Positions 18,103-28,623 of a stretch of DNA of 64,000 nucleotides are shown here, one piece after another. Under the pieces are notes generated by a model that searched no databases, had not been told where the DNA came from, and worked only from the letters and a program-made list of their open reading frames with translations. The stretch covers positions 2,404-66,403 of the forward strand of contig JAFGCT010000028.1 of assembly GCA_016932505.1 (NCBI GenBank), in the 5' to 3' direction. The position numbers were made by a program, and so were the translations under genes. Each line of letters opens with the position of its first letter. Position 1 is the stretch's first letter. Origin of the DNA: Candidatus Peregrinibacteria bacterium (GTDB lineage Bacteria; Patescibacteriota; Gracilibacteria; UM-FILTER-43-11).

Positions 18103-19930
18103 AATTCTCTTCACACCAATGGTTATTATTCCGCTAATATTATTATGTTTGGCTGTTATTTTTTATGACAAAAAATCTATTAATAAAATATCCTTCGAAT
18201 TTGACGATGAAGAAAGTGAGGAAAAAATAAGGAATGATATATTCAAAGATAAATTCCCAACTTTAAATCGTTTATTTCTTATAGGTGGTATTTCTAGGTG
18301 GTTTTACAAACAAGGCTTATTGCACTCGGCTCTGCTTATAGTAATACTTTTTTGGAGCGGATTTCTAATCTTCCATAATCTTGGTGCAAACGATTTTTTT
18401 CACGATGAGCAATTCCATGTAAATGTAATTGAGAGCTTAAGGCATGGTGAGGGATTTAAATCATGGGATTTTGTTAATAGCGAAGCCTCTGTGCCATACA
18501 AAAGAGGCTATATAACTAGTTATATGGGGTATCTATCTTCAGAACTATTTGGATATAGTGAATTCAGTCTTAGACTTTTTGTTGCAATTGTAGGATTGTT
18601 AAATGTGCTTTTGATTTATATTGTATTCAAAAAATTTATAGGCAAATCCCCCGCCCTGCTTACCACAATGGGATTTAGCTTTAGTATTATCAGCATATTT
18701 TTAGCAAGATTTCTAAGACCGTATACTGTGTTTTTATTTTCTTATCTGATTGCTTTTTACCTTGTATATAAAATTGCAGATATTTTAATTAATAAATATA
18801 CATTTAAAAGAGCTTTATTTTATTTTCTGCTTTTTACCACATCTATTTCAATAATGTTTCAGGCTAGCCAGATAGGTAAGATTGTATTAATCCTTGTACC
18901 TTTATTTATATTTGTAGAGTTTGTTTTATATTATAAGAAAATTGTTAGTTTTATTAGAAGCAAAAGTAGACAATCAATCCTATTTTCGATATTTGTATTT
19001 TTATTACTAGTTTTTGTATTCCTATATTCTATAAACTTCCCACTGGTAATGAAACAAATCAGGGATTTTATATTGTATAACAATCTAGACGGCAAAAACC
19101 AAATTTACTTTTATTATTTATTTGAAAAATATGTTAAGTCTCCCAATATAATGTATATTTCATTCTTTTTGGGGTGCATTATTTGCTTTTATAATGGTTT
19201 AATAAAAAAGAATATTAAGTATTTGCTTCTCTTGATATACACGGTTATTCCTCTTATTTTTATGGTGTATATACTCGATAGATATGAGGATTTTAGATAT
19301 ATTTACTACTTAATACCTTTTGTTAATGCAATAGCAATGCTAGCTTTGTATTATTTTATGAAGGCATTATTTGTTTTATTCCGTTTACCTTCATCCAAAA
19401 GTTTTATTCTATCTGTTTCAGTAGCTTTTACACTAGTATTTATTTTTTATCCAGTGCTGCCTATTTCCTCAAATAACTCCTTTGCCCTGAAATCACCATC
19501 TGTTTGGTCAGGTGCTGATGGAAAAAGTAATTTGCACAGAAGGGCTGTTGTACCTGAATATAAAAAAACTTATACTCACCTCGATTCTATTCAAAAACCC
19601 GGAGATATTGTAATAGTAGCTGAAGGCCAATTTTATCTAAAACCCCTTGAAGGTGTTGATTATTACAAAATTTCTATGCGTAATAATTCGCGTTTGTTAA
19701 ATGATATTAATAATCATCCTATTGATTTTTTTAATCTAACAAATGAGATCAAAGATAAAACATTATATTTTTTAGGATTACATATGCATTTAGGAAATAG
19801 GGAAATGGCTGATTATTTACTTAATGAGTGTACAAATTTATCTGAATCACTCGGAGTTCTTAAATATAATTATAACGATTATTATCAAGATAGGTTTTAT
19901 TGGCCGAATTTATTTAAGTGCGAATTTTGA
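18086..19930 (+). CDS. second GT-C-like polytopic membrane glycosyltransferase
   Basis: Many TM segments. FFHDEQFHV loop motif. Overlaps the upstream GT-C gene by 17 nt. Confidence 0.55.
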   Translation: MSFLPKILFTPMVIIPLILLCLAVIFYDKKSINKISFEFDDEESEEKIRNDIFKDKFPTLNRLFLIGGISRWFYKQGLLHSALLIVILFWSGFLIFHNLGANDFFHDEQFHVNVIESLRHGEGFKSWDFVNSEASVPYKRGYITSYMGYLSSELFGYSEFSLRLFVAIVGLLNVLLIYIVFKKFIGKSPALLTTMGFSFSIISIFLARFLRPYTVFLFSYLIAFYLVYKIADILINKYTFKRALFYFLLFTTSISIMFQASQIGKIVLILVPLFIFVEFVLYYKKIVSFIRSKSRQSILFSIFVFLLLVFVFLYSINFPLVMKQIRDFILYNNLDGKNQIYFYYLFEKYVKSPNIMYISFFLGCIICFYNGLIKKNIKYLLLLIYTVIPLIFMVYILDRYEDFRYIYYLIPFVNAIAMLALYYFMKALFVLFRLPSSKSFILSVSVAFTLVFIFYPVLPISSNNSFALKSPSVWSGADGKSNLHRRAVVPEYKKTYTHLDSIQKPGDIVIVAEGQFYLKPLEGVDYYKISMRNNSRLLNDINNHPIDFFNLTNEIKDKTLYFLGLHMHLGNREMADYLLNECTNLSESLGVLKYNYNDYYQDRFYWPNLFKCEF

Positions 19931-19944
19931 TTTAAAATTTTAAA

Positions 19945-21210
19945 ATGTTAAAAAAAATCAAGAAGGAATTTAAACAAAGTAGTAATTTTCTGACTTTTAT
20001 GGGTATAAAGTCGGCTGGCTTAGTTATACTAGCATTAATACCTATGATTTTGGCAGGAGTTTTAGGTCCACAGAGTTTTGGCTCTTATTCACTTTGTATG
20101 ATGATTGTTTTTTTCTTTTCAACTCTTCTTATAAGATCACCCCAGTCACCTTTTATTGTTTATGGTGCAAAGGAATACAACAAGACGGGAAAAATTAACT
20201 TGGCTTTTTCAGGCAGGCTCATTCTTTTTGCTTTGGGCGTTCTGATTTTTTTTATTGTTTCTTTTTTATGTTCTGATTTAATACTAAAATTTACATCAAT
20301 AAACAAAGTTCAATTCTGGTTTTTACTTTCGGCATTTTTTGGACTCAGTTTTCAGATATTAATTCATAATATTTTTTTTATTTTAGATAAAAGAAAAACT
20401 GCTGTTGGATATAATTTACTAACCAGCACTGTATCGGCTATTATTATTTTATTTCTTTATAGATATTTAACACTTAAGCTTGAATATGTTTTTTTAATAT
20501 GGCTTGTTGCACCAGTTATTTCTGGAATTTTTATGATAAGGAATATCGATTTTAAAAAACTCATTCCCTTTGAACTAGATAAAGCACTATTGAATAAAAT
20601 GCTTAACTACACCAAGTGGGTAATGATTGGCGGTACGGCAGTGTATTTTGTAAATTGGGGTGACAATCTTGTCTTAAGATATTTCACTTCAATAAGTGAA
20701 ATTGGTGTATATAATTTGGGTTATTCAATATTCAAAGGAATAAGTACTCTTTCCGGTGCTGTTACGATGTATTTTTTCACCTCTGTTGCCAGAGCAATAG
20801 ACAATCCTAAAAAAATCAAAATATACCTATATAATAGAAGGCCAAGAATTATTGCTTTTTCAATTATATGTATTTCCGCATTATTTATTTCTCTCCCCTA
20901 TATATTCAATTTTATTTACGGAGAAGAATATATGGGGTCATCTCTAACAGCTCAAGTCTTATTACTTGCTTCGTTGTTTGCAATTTATTGGAGTATGTAC
21001 GGTCCGATTTTTAGCTCATTAGAAAGATACAGATTTATTCAGATAAGCCATATATTCTTTGTTCTTCTTAATTTGAGCTTAGATGTGGTATTTGTTAAAC
21101 ATTATGGATACATTGGAGCAGCTATAGCAACGACAATAAGTTATGCAGTAATGGGTGTTATATATGAGTTTTATTTTAGAAAGTACTGCAAAGCCCAGCT
21201 TTCTGCATAA
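19945..21210 (+). CDS. polysaccharide/oligosaccharide flippase (Wzx-like, MOP superfamily)
   Basis: 421 aa with at least 10 hydrophobic segments, in a glycan-locus context. Confidence 0.55.
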   Translation: MLKKIKKEFKQSSNFLTFMGIKSAGLVILALIPMILAGVLGPQSFGSYSLCMMIVFFFSTLLIRSPQSPFIVYGAKEYNKTGKINLAFSGRLILFALGVLIFFIVSFLCSDLILKFTSINKVQFWFLLSAFFGLSFQILIHNIFFILDKRKTAVGYNLLTSTVSAIIILFLYRYLTLKLEYVFLIWLVAPVISGIFMIRNIDFKKLIPFELDKALLNKMLNYTKWVMIGGTAVYFVNWGDNLVLRYFTSISEIGVYNLGYSIFKGISTLSGAVTMYFFTSVARAIDNPKKIKIYLYNRRPRIIAFSIICISALFISLPYIFNFIYGEEYMGSSLTAQVLLLASLFAIYWSMYGPIFSSLERYRFIQISHIFFVLLNLSLDVVFVKHYGYIGAAIATTISYAVMGVIYEFYFRKYCKAQLSA

Positions 21211-21219
21211 AGCATAATT

Positions 21220-22065
21220 TTATTTCCATCTGGATAAGTCCCTATCGATTAACTTCTCAAGCCTCTCAATGTCTTCTCTGAATATTTTTTTGAAGCCTTT
21301 TCTTGTCTCAGGATTCATTTCAGGATACTTATATGGAACCGTTGTTAATTTCAATAACAACTTTTTTAAACCAATTTTTTTTAAAAATTTAATTAAAAAA
21401 TTTAATCTCAAATCAATAAGTGTCTTTGATAAGAAACGTAATATTTCTATAAAAGATCTATATCTTATTTTTTTTGATGTATTTGACTTCCCTTTTATTA
21501 GGGAATGCGCAATATCAGAATCAACATTTAAAAAATCAAGCAATTCTTTTAATACATTTTTTGGACTGCTTTTAATGTCTTCCAACAGAATAATATGTAT
21601 TTTATCTCCCGAAAAATATCTTAAATAATTCTTTATATAAGTGTAATACATCCCAGATCTTATAAAGCATCCTTCTTTTAATAAATTTTCAAATGTGTCA
21701 TTAGGTTTATATGAATAATATTCTCTAGCCATCCAATATTCAGAGTATGCCCTATCAACCGGATTCCTTAAGCATATTATAATTTTTACTTCAGGAAAAA
21801 ATTTTTTTATCAATCTAGGCGCATCACTGTCATAAAGGTATTTTGTAGAAAATTCACCTTTTATCTGACCTTTTTTGCAATGAATAAAATGTTTTTTATA
21901 CCAAGAAAGCTTCTTCTCTTTATTTTCGTCAAAATACCGTACCTCTTTTGGTTCAGACATACATATGTCAGGATGTTTATCCAGGCAATCAGTTATCCAT
22001 GTAGTAGCAGCCTTAGGCACACCTACACCAATAAAATCCACTTTAAAATCATTCTTACCAGTCAT
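21220..22065 (-). CDS. sulfotransferase family protein
   Basis: 5'-PSB-like GVPKAATTWI and 3'-PB-like RNPVDRAYSEY motifs. Confidence 0.75.
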   Translation of the reverse strand: MTGKNDFKVDFIGVGVPKAATTWITDCLDKHPDICMSEPKEVRYFDENKEKKLSWYKKHFIHCKKGQIKGEFSTKYLYDSDAPRLIKKFFPEVKIIICLRNPVDRAYSEYWMAREYYSYKPNDTFENLLKEGCFIRSGMYYTYIKNYLRYFSGDKIHIILLEDIKSSPKNVLKELLDFLNVDSDIAHSLIKGKSNTSKKIRYRSFIEILRFLSKTLIDLRLNFLIKFLKKIGLKKLLLKLTTVPYKYPEMNPETRKGFKKIFREDIERLEKLIDRDLSRWK

Positions 22066-22067
22066 AA

Positions 22068-22880
22068 TTATTGTTTATGTTTTCTTAGCTTGCGAACCTT
22101 ATTATATAGCATACAATAATAACAAGTTCTAGATATATGCCACGACAAGAACCCTCCTATATCTAGAAATCTAAATCTAAAAATATCAAATAAAATATCT
22201 TTTATAGGAAAGAGTAATAAGGTTATTGGATACTTAAATCTTAAACGAACCCACCTTAATTTATATTCTGGTAATTTATTATAAGTTCGTATTTCATCGG
22301 TTTTTTTAAGAAAAAGCTTTGCGTGAATATCCACCCACTTTTTATGTTTCGATTTAAGTGTCGAAAAAGAAAAATTATTATAGTCAGGCCTATGCCCTAG
22401 CATGTAATCCGTTTCTTTTGTTTTACCAAGTGGTACAAAATTTATATGAGGCATTTCCATAAAACTGATTTTGTTTTTTCTGAACAAAGCTTTTTTTATA
22501 GGCCATTTTGATGTTAAGTACCTTTTACCATTCCACAAAGGCCAGATAAATGAATAACAGTCATATTCTTCTGTTTTTACCATTTCCCTTAAATTGTCTC
22601 TGATTCCTTCAGAAAGGTATTCATCAGCATCTATTTTAAAAATCCAATCTCCTGTGCACTTATTTATGGCGTCTATGTAGTGGTAATCAGATAATCCTTT
22701 TCTTGAACCAACAATTATTTTATCTGTGTATTTCTTTGCAATTTCCAAAGACTCATCCTTGCAAGGACCATCGTGGATTATAATAATTTCATCAACACAG
22801 TCTTTCAAGGACTCAAGGCATCTTTTTATCATCTTTTCCTCATTGTATATTATCAGCATTACGCTAATTGTATTTCTCAT
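22068..22880 (-). CDS. glycosyltransferase family 2 (tandem paralog 1)
   Basis: ISVMLIIYNEE...IIIIHDGPCKD...KIDADEYL. Confidence 0.8.
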   Translation of the reverse strand: MRNTISVMLIIYNEEKMIKRCLESLKDCVDEIIIIHDGPCKDESLEIAKKYTDKIIVGSRKGLSDYHYIDAINKCTGDWIFKIDADEYLSEGIRDNLREMVKTEEYDCYSFIWPLWNGKRYLTSKWPIKKALFRKNKISFMEMPHINFVPLGKTKETDYMLGHRPDYNNFSFSTLKSKHKKWVDIHAKLFLKKTDEIRTYNKLPEYKLRWVRLRFKYPITLLLFPIKDILFDIFRFRFLDIGGFLSWHISRTCYYCMLYNKVRKLRKHKQ

Positions 22881-22886
22881 TCTTTT

Positions 22887-23684
22887 TTATTTGTTTAAAT
22901 GACGTAGTTTTATAAACAAGTGAATACTATAATAAATTTTATATTTGTGATATGCGAAGAAACCTCTAATATCTATAAATTTGAATTTTATCAAATCCAA
23001 GAGAAGGCTTTTAACTGAAAAAAGGACTAATATAATGGGATATTTTTTTCTGATATTGACTGATTTAATTTTAAACTCAGGTGGATTGTTGTATACGCGT
23101 ATTTTACTCTTCATCAAGCTATTTGCGTGTAAATCTATCCACTTTTTATGTTTTTCACTGAAAATACCTATAGAATAATTATTATATTCTGGCTGATGAT
23201 GCAATATGCAATCAGTTGCTTTGATTTTTCCTTTTGATTGAAAGTTCATATGAGGAAGCTCAATAAAGCTGAAAGTGTTTTTTCTGAATAATGCATCTTT
23301 TCTTGGCCACTTCTTTGTTATGTATTTTTCCCCATCCCAAATCGGCCAAATAAATGAATAACAGTCATATATTTCTGAATCAGTCATTATTCTAATGTTT
23401 TCTCTGATTTCTTCTGAAAGATATTCATCGGCATCAATTTTTAGTATCCAGTCACCATTGCACTCATTAAGCCCTTCTATATAATGATAGTCTGCCATGT
23501 ATTTTCTTTCTAATACGAAAATTTTATCGGTATATTCCCTTGCTATCTCAAGTGTTCTATCTGTACATGGTCCATCGTGAATTATTATAATTTCATCCAC
23601 AACATCCTTTAGTGATTCCAAACACCTTCGTATAAGATTTTCTTCATTGTATATAGGCACAAGTGCACTAATTCTTTGTTTCAT
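22887..23684 (-). CDS. glycosyltransferase family 2 (tandem paralog 2)
   Basis: ISALVPIYNEE...IIIIHDGPCTD...KIDADEYL, collinear with the neighbouring gene. Confidence 0.8.
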   Translation of the reverse strand: MKQRISALVPIYNEENLIRRCLESLKDVVDEIIIIHDGPCTDRTLEIAREYTDKIFVLERKYMADYHYIEGLNECNGDWILKIDADEYLSEEIRENIRIMTDSEIYDCYSFIWPIWDGEKYITKKWPRKDALFRKNTFSFIELPHMNFQSKGKIKATDCILHHQPEYNNYSIGIFSEKHKKWIDLHANSLMKSKIRVYNNPPEFKIKSVNIRKKYPIILVLFSVKSLLLDLIKFKFIDIRGFFAYHKYKIYYSIHLFIKLRHLNK

Positions 23685-24771
23685 TAACCATATTAATTAT
23701 ATTTTCCGCTGTCTTTTCCCAACTAAATCTTTTTAAATTCTCATACCCCTTCTTAATAAGATTATCCGAATAAGCTTTATCCTGAAGAATCTTAAGCATT
23801 TTACTAGAAATATCTGTCACTGAATACGGATTTACTATCCCTGCGCCTTCTCCTGCTACCTCTGGACAACTGGTAACATTTGAAGTAAGTACAGGACACC
23901 CGCAAGCTTGTGCCTCCAAAATTGGCAAACCAAACCCTTCGTATAATGATGGATAAACAAATAAATCAGATGATGAGTACATCGCAATAAGTTCATCTTC
24001 CTTTATATGCCCAATCAGTACCACACGACCGATTAAATTTTTATCAATGTAATCCATAATATTTTCATTCCCCCAACTCCTACCCCCCGTTATATAGAAT
24101 TTATGTGGAATTTTATCTTTTATCTCATTAAACCCCTTTAGAGCACGCAGTAAGTTCTTTCTTGGATTGATAGTGCCGCAATAAAAAATATAAGGTGTTT
24201 GTACTTCAAGTTTTTTTAGTAAATTTGGATTAATTGTCTTTTTAAAACTGCCTTCCACACCTTCATATATTACCTTTATTTTTGATTCCGATATCTTTAA
24301 TATTCTGTGAATGTCATTTTTTGTACTCTCTGAAACTGCCAATACCTTTTTTGCTATTTTGCATGATATCTTCATCAGACTTTTCATATATATAGAATCC
24401 CAAAATCTGTAAGCATTTAGTTTTTTTTCAAAATGAGCTAGATCATGGATAATATTTATTTTTTTTGCTGAATTGAAGATAAAAGAAAATGGAATAATGT
24501 TCTTAGGAAATAATAGATAATCCAAATTATACCTTTTGGCTTCCATCGGATACTTGATATAATCCCAGATCAATTTACTTTTGCCTTTTATATATATTTT
24601 TTTTGCGTAGCCAAATTTATCTTTTAATCGCTTATCGTTATAAAAAATATAAAAATCAAAATCTTTTGAATGTTTTTCAAATTCTTTCAGTAAACTAAAA
24701 ATAAACCGGGTTACCCCGCCTTTTGTAAGCCCTCTTAGGCCAATACCTATTTTTAACTTATTTTTTTTCAA
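23668..24771 (-). CDS. glycosyltransferase family 4 (GT-B, group 1)
   Basis: FVYPSLYEGFGLPILEAQACGCPVLTSN. Confidence 0.85.
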   Translation of the reverse strand: MKKNKLKIGIGLRGLTKGGVTRFIFSLLKEFEKHSKDFDFYIFYNDKRLKDKFGYAKKIYIKGKSKLIWDYIKYPMEAKRYNLDYLLFPKNIIPFSFIFNSAKKINIIHDLAHFEKKLNAYRFWDSIYMKSLMKISCKIAKKVLAVSESTKNDIHRILKISESKIKVIYEGVEGSFKKTINPNLLKKLEVQTPYIFYCGTINPRKNLLRALKGFNEIKDKIPHKFYITGGRSWGNENIMDYIDKNLIGRVVLIGHIKEDELIAMYSSSDLFVYPSLYEGFGLPILEAQACGCPVLTSNVTSCPEVAGEGAGIVNPYSVTDISSKMLKILQDKAYSDNLIKKGYENLKRFSWEKTAENIINMVNETKN

Positions 24772-25384
24772 GTAAAAATAAACAATGATATTTATCTAAT
24801 TTAGGCCTAAATTCTTCCAATATTTTAAAATGCCTTTTTATTTTTTTTCTAACGACTTTTGCAGGATGATTTTTACGCCCCATTTCCCAATAATGTTCTC
24901 CTGCAAATTCTATTTTCTTCAATGGAAAAGGCCACTGAAAGAAAAAATAGATGCTTTTAATTATTGGGAAATGAATAATTATTTCACAATAAATAGATGG
25001 ATAAGGAATTGAAATCAATATATGTTTTTTTGAAACTCTATTCAATTCTTTTAATGCTTTATCTAGGTCTTCCCATGGTAAATGCTCAAGTATTTCACAT
25101 GCCATAACAACATCATATGATTCGTCTTTAAATGGTAACTGTCTTATGTCCGCAACATAATCCGGCTCAAGATTTTTATCAAAATCACATGTATCTGTTT
25201 TTATACCAGTCTGTTTTAGATAATTGGAGACGGTTTTATTCCCAATTCCAATCTCAAGAACATTTTTCGGCTTTAATTTTCTTACAAAATCAATCTGGTA
25301 ATAATAAGATATAAACCTTTCAAGATAATCATAGTTTTCATAGTAATGCCCTTTTGGAACCTGAATTTTGAATTTATTATTCAA
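24758..25384 (-). CDS. class I SAM-dependent methyltransferase
   Basis: Motif I VLEIGIGNKTV and YDVVMACEILEHL. Confidence 0.75.
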   Translation of the reverse strand: MNNKFKIQVPKGHYYENYDYLERFISYYYQIDFVRKLKPKNVLEIGIGNKTVSNYLKQTGIKTDTCDFDKNLEPDYVADIRQLPFKDESYDVVMACEILEHLPWEDLDKALKELNRVSKKHILISIPYPSIYCEIIIHFPIIKSIYFFFQWPFPLKKIEFAGEHYWEMGRKNHPAKVVRKKIKRHFKILEEFRPKLDKYHCLFLLEKK

Positions 25385-25394
25385 TTTTTTGTAG

Positions 25395-26564
25395 TTATGA
25401 AATAGCTTTTAATAACTCTAGACTATTTTTTTTGATGTCATGTGTTTCCCTTACATAATTATAAGCGTTTTCGGACATCTCTTCATATAATTTATTGTCT
25501 TTAATTAGCTCTCTAAGATATTCACCTAATAGCTCTTCTTTATTATAGCAACAAAAACCACATTTCTTATCTTTTAATATATTGCCGTAATCCAGCGTAT
25601 AAGAAATTATTGGCAATTTATGAGCCATCGCCTCCAATACTGTCATAGGCCAGTCGCCTTCTTTTAATGAAGTAATACAAAAAACCTTGGAATTTCTTAA
25701 ATATTCATAAACTTCCTCATTTGATACAAAATCACAGAAATCTAGATTAGATATCTGTTCAGCTTCATTTTTTATTTTCTCAAAACTACTATTTCCGGCA
25801 TTACTTGTGCATACCATTGCAAAATTTAGACTTGGATTGCCTTTTGCCATTTCTAAAAATATTTCTCCTTTTTTCCACACTTCACATCTGCCAACCCAAA
25901 TTGCATCCCATTTTTTCTTTATTGTAGAATGTTGTATACTTTGAAAATCAATACCTTTTTTAACAATAACTAATTTGTTTTTAGGTAAATATGTTTTTAG
26001 GTTATGATATTGATTTATGTTTTGACATACAACTAATTGAAAGTATTTACTTGTAATTTTAAAAATAAGCTTAGAAATTTGATACCTAATATCAGCCTTT
26101 TTAAATAAACAAGCCTTAGCGACTCTTATAAAAATTTCAGTGCCAAGTCTATTGAGATTCTCTGCCTCATCGTCATGAGCAAGCATAAAAATGAATTTCT
26201 TCTTTTTAAGCCTGCAATATAAGGTAATAAAAAAAGATAATGAAGATAATATACCTATCCCCCTTGTAATATATGCATCTGCATCAATTTTTTTAATTAC
26301 ACTAAAAAGAATAAGATTTTTTTTAATAAAACCAGTGTTCACTCTGTATGCCTTCCATACATTTACTAAATCATATTTCTCAACTTTATTTTGTCCGTGA
26401 TCATATACCACGAAATGTACATCTAAATCTTTTTTTTTAGCTAATATCTTAGCTAATAAGCTGAGTTGTACTTCCGCACCACCAAATGGAAATTTATTTT
26501 TTTTATTAAATAGTGGATAAGCCCCTGGTAATATAAAACAAATTTTCAAATTATTTTTTTTCAA
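25395..26564 (-). CDS. GT-B glycosyltransferase (GT4-like)
   Basis: C-terminal FCITSLKEGDWPMTVLEAMAHKLPIISY resembles the E(x7)E region. Confidence 0.6.
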   Translation of the reverse strand: MKKNNLKICFILPGAYPLFNKKNKFPFGGAEVQLSLLAKILAKKKDLDVHFVVYDHGQNKVEKYDLVNVWKAYRVNTGFIKKNLILFSVIKKIDADAYITRGIGILSSLSFFITLYCRLKKKKFIFMLAHDDEAENLNRLGTEIFIRVAKACLFKKADIRYQISKLIFKITSKYFQLVVCQNINQYHNLKTYLPKNKLVIVKKGIDFQSIQHSTIKKKWDAIWVGRCEVWKKGEIFLEMAKGNPSLNFAMVCTSNAGNSSFEKIKNEAEQISNLDFCDFVSNEEVYEYLRNSKVFCITSLKEGDWPMTVLEAMAHKLPIISYTLDYGNILKDKKCGFCCYNKEELLGEYLRELIKDNKLYEEMSENAYNYVRETHDIKKNSLELLKAIS

Positions 26565-26638
26565 AATATTCTGAAATCATAATATCAAAGGAGCTACTTA
26601 GTACAAGCAATTAAAATATTATTTTTACCTAAAGCCCC

Positions 26639-26667
26639 TTGAATTCATAAAATAAAAAATATATGAT
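26639..26667 (+). promoter_or_regulatory. sigma70-like promoter candidate
   Basis: ttgaat, a 17-nt spacer, then tatgat, about 30 nt upstream of the ATG at 26697. Confidence 0.4.
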
Positions 26668-26696
26668 TATTGTACATTTATAAAGAATAATAAAGC

Positions 26697-27614
26697 ATGA
26701 CAATTAATAAAATATTAGTAACTGGTAGTAGTGGTACTATTGGTACTCATTTATGCAATAATCTATTAAGAAAAGGTTATGATGTTGTTGGAGTAGACTG
26801 GAAACCAAATGAATGGAGTAAGGAAGTTGACAGGCTTACAATCAACATTGATTTAAGGAATAAAGACGATGTTTTAAGTAAATTACCCAAGGATGTTGAT
26901 TTAGTGATTCATTTTGCTGCAAATCCGAGAGTATATAATTCTGTTGTTGACCCATCTATTGCTCGAGATAATTTTGAAACCCTATTCAATACCCTTGAAT
27001 ATGCACGGCAGAATAATGTTAAAAGATTTATGTTCTCTTCATCTAGAGAAGCCTATGGCAATTCAGATAAAATTATTCATAATGAGGATGAAGCTTATGT
27101 AAAAAACGCCGAGAGCCCTTATACTGCGACAAAAATTGCTGGAGAAGCCATTGTTCATTCGTATCAGCAATGTTACAATATGGACTTTGTTATTTTTAGA
27201 TTTTCAAATGTATATGGAATGTATGACGGTAGCGATAGATTGATTCCGCTTTTTATTAAACAATGCAAAGAGGGTGAAGATATGACTGTATTCGGCGATG
27301 AAAAACTATTGGACTTTACTTATATTGATGACACTGTAAACGGAGTAATGCTTTCTATTGAAAAATTCAATGAAGTAAAGAATGAAGTATTTAATATATC
27401 CTGTGGCAAAGGTTCAACAATTCTGGAAGTAGCTGAAATGACTAAAAAATTAATGAATTCAAATAATAATATTATTCTTAAAGAGAACAGAACTGGTGAA
27501 GTGGTTAAATTTATTGCTGACATAACTAAAGCAAAAGAGAAATTGGGCTACAACCCGCAAACTAGTATTGAGGATGGTTTAAAAAAATCCATCGAATGGT
27601 ATAGTTTATCTTAA
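26697..27614 (+). CDS. NAD-dependent epimerase/dehydratase (extended SDR), tandem paralog 1
   Basis: VTGSSGTIGTHL, SSSREAYG, YTATK. Confidence 0.85.
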   Translation: MTINKILVTGSSGTIGTHLCNNLLRKGYDVVGVDWKPNEWSKEVDRLTINIDLRNKDDVLSKLPKDVDLVIHFAANPRVYNSVVDPSIARDNFETLFNTLEYARQNNVKRFMFSSSREAYGNSDKIIHNEDEAYVKNAESPYTATKIAGEAIVHSYQQCYNMDFVIFRFSNVYGMYDGSDRLIPLFIKQCKEGEDMTVFGDEKLLDFTYIDDTVNGVMLSIEKFNEVKNEVFNISCGKGSTILEVAEMTKKLMNSNNNIILKENRTGEVVKFIADITKAKEKLGYNPQTSIEDGLKKSIEWYSLS

Positions 27615-27617
27615 TTG

Positions 27618-28535
27618 ATGTATATAAAAAAAATATTAGTAACAGGTAGTAGTGGTACCATAGGAACACGTTTGTGCGAAATTCTTTTGCAAAAAGGATA
27701 TACGGTAATTGGTACGGATATTAAGCCTAATAAATGGTATAAGGGAGTAGATGCAATAACGACAATTGTTGATTTAATGAACAAGAGTGAAACACTGAAT
27801 AATCTTCCTGGGGATATTGATATGGTTATTCACCTTGCTGCAATTGCCAGAGCTGTTGATTTAAGCAAAAATCAGTCAATCGCAAATAATAATGTATTAA
27901 CCACATCAAATATTCTTGAATATGCAAAACTCAATAATATAAATAAGTTTATATTTGCATCATCAAGAGAGGTCTATGGAGGTTTTAATAAATCAATTGA
28001 AAGTGAGAACGAATTATCTACCACAAGTCGTGATAACCCTTATGCTTCATCTAAAATTGATGGTGAATTGCTTGTTAAAGATTTTCAAAAAAATTGTGGT
28101 ATAGATTATGTAATACTACGATTTTCAAATACATATGGAATGTATGATACTACTGACAGGTTAATCCCCCGTTTCATAGAACTATGTAAGGAATGTAAGG
28201 ATTTACCTGTTTTTGGTCAGGACAAAATACTGGATTTTACATATATTGACGATATTATCAACGGAATAATTCTAAGTATTGAAAAATTTGATTCAGTAAA
28301 AAATGATACCTTTAATCTATCAAGCGGAAAAGGCTGTTCAATTTTCCATGTAGCTGAAATTATTAAATCTAATTTTAATTCTGACAATCAAATTGTAATC
28401 GAAGAAAACAAAAGAGGAGATGTACTCAAATTTGTTGCAGATATAACAAAGGCAAAAGAAAATCTAGGATACACCCCCCAAACTTCAATTGAAAACGGCA
28501 TAAAAAAAGCTATTGAGTGGTATAAGAAAATTTAA
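27618..28535 (+). CDS. NAD-dependent epimerase/dehydratase (extended SDR), tandem paralog 2
   Basis: VTGSSGTIGTRL, ASSREVYG, YASSK. The ATG at 27618 lies 3 nt after the upstream stop. Confidence 0.85.
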   Translation: MYIKKILVTGSSGTIGTRLCEILLQKGYTVIGTDIKPNKWYKGVDAITTIVDLMNKSETLNNLPGDIDMVIHLAAIARAVDLSKNQSIANNNVLTTSNILEYAKLNNINKFIFASSREVYGGFNKSIESENELSTTSRDNPYASSKIDGELLVKDFQKNCGIDYVILRFSNTYGMYDTTDRLIPRFIELCKECKDLPVFGQDKILDFTYIDDIINGIILSIEKFDSVKNDTFNLSSGKGCSIFHVAEIIKSNFNSDNQIVIEENKRGDVLKFVADITKAKENLGYTPQTSIENGIKKAIEWYKKI

Positions 28536-28623
28536 TCCAATCAACCTAGTTAAACTGCACAGTCTTTCTCAACTCGATTTAAATAACTTTAAATAAGATT
28601 TTTATTATTGGACATCACAATAA

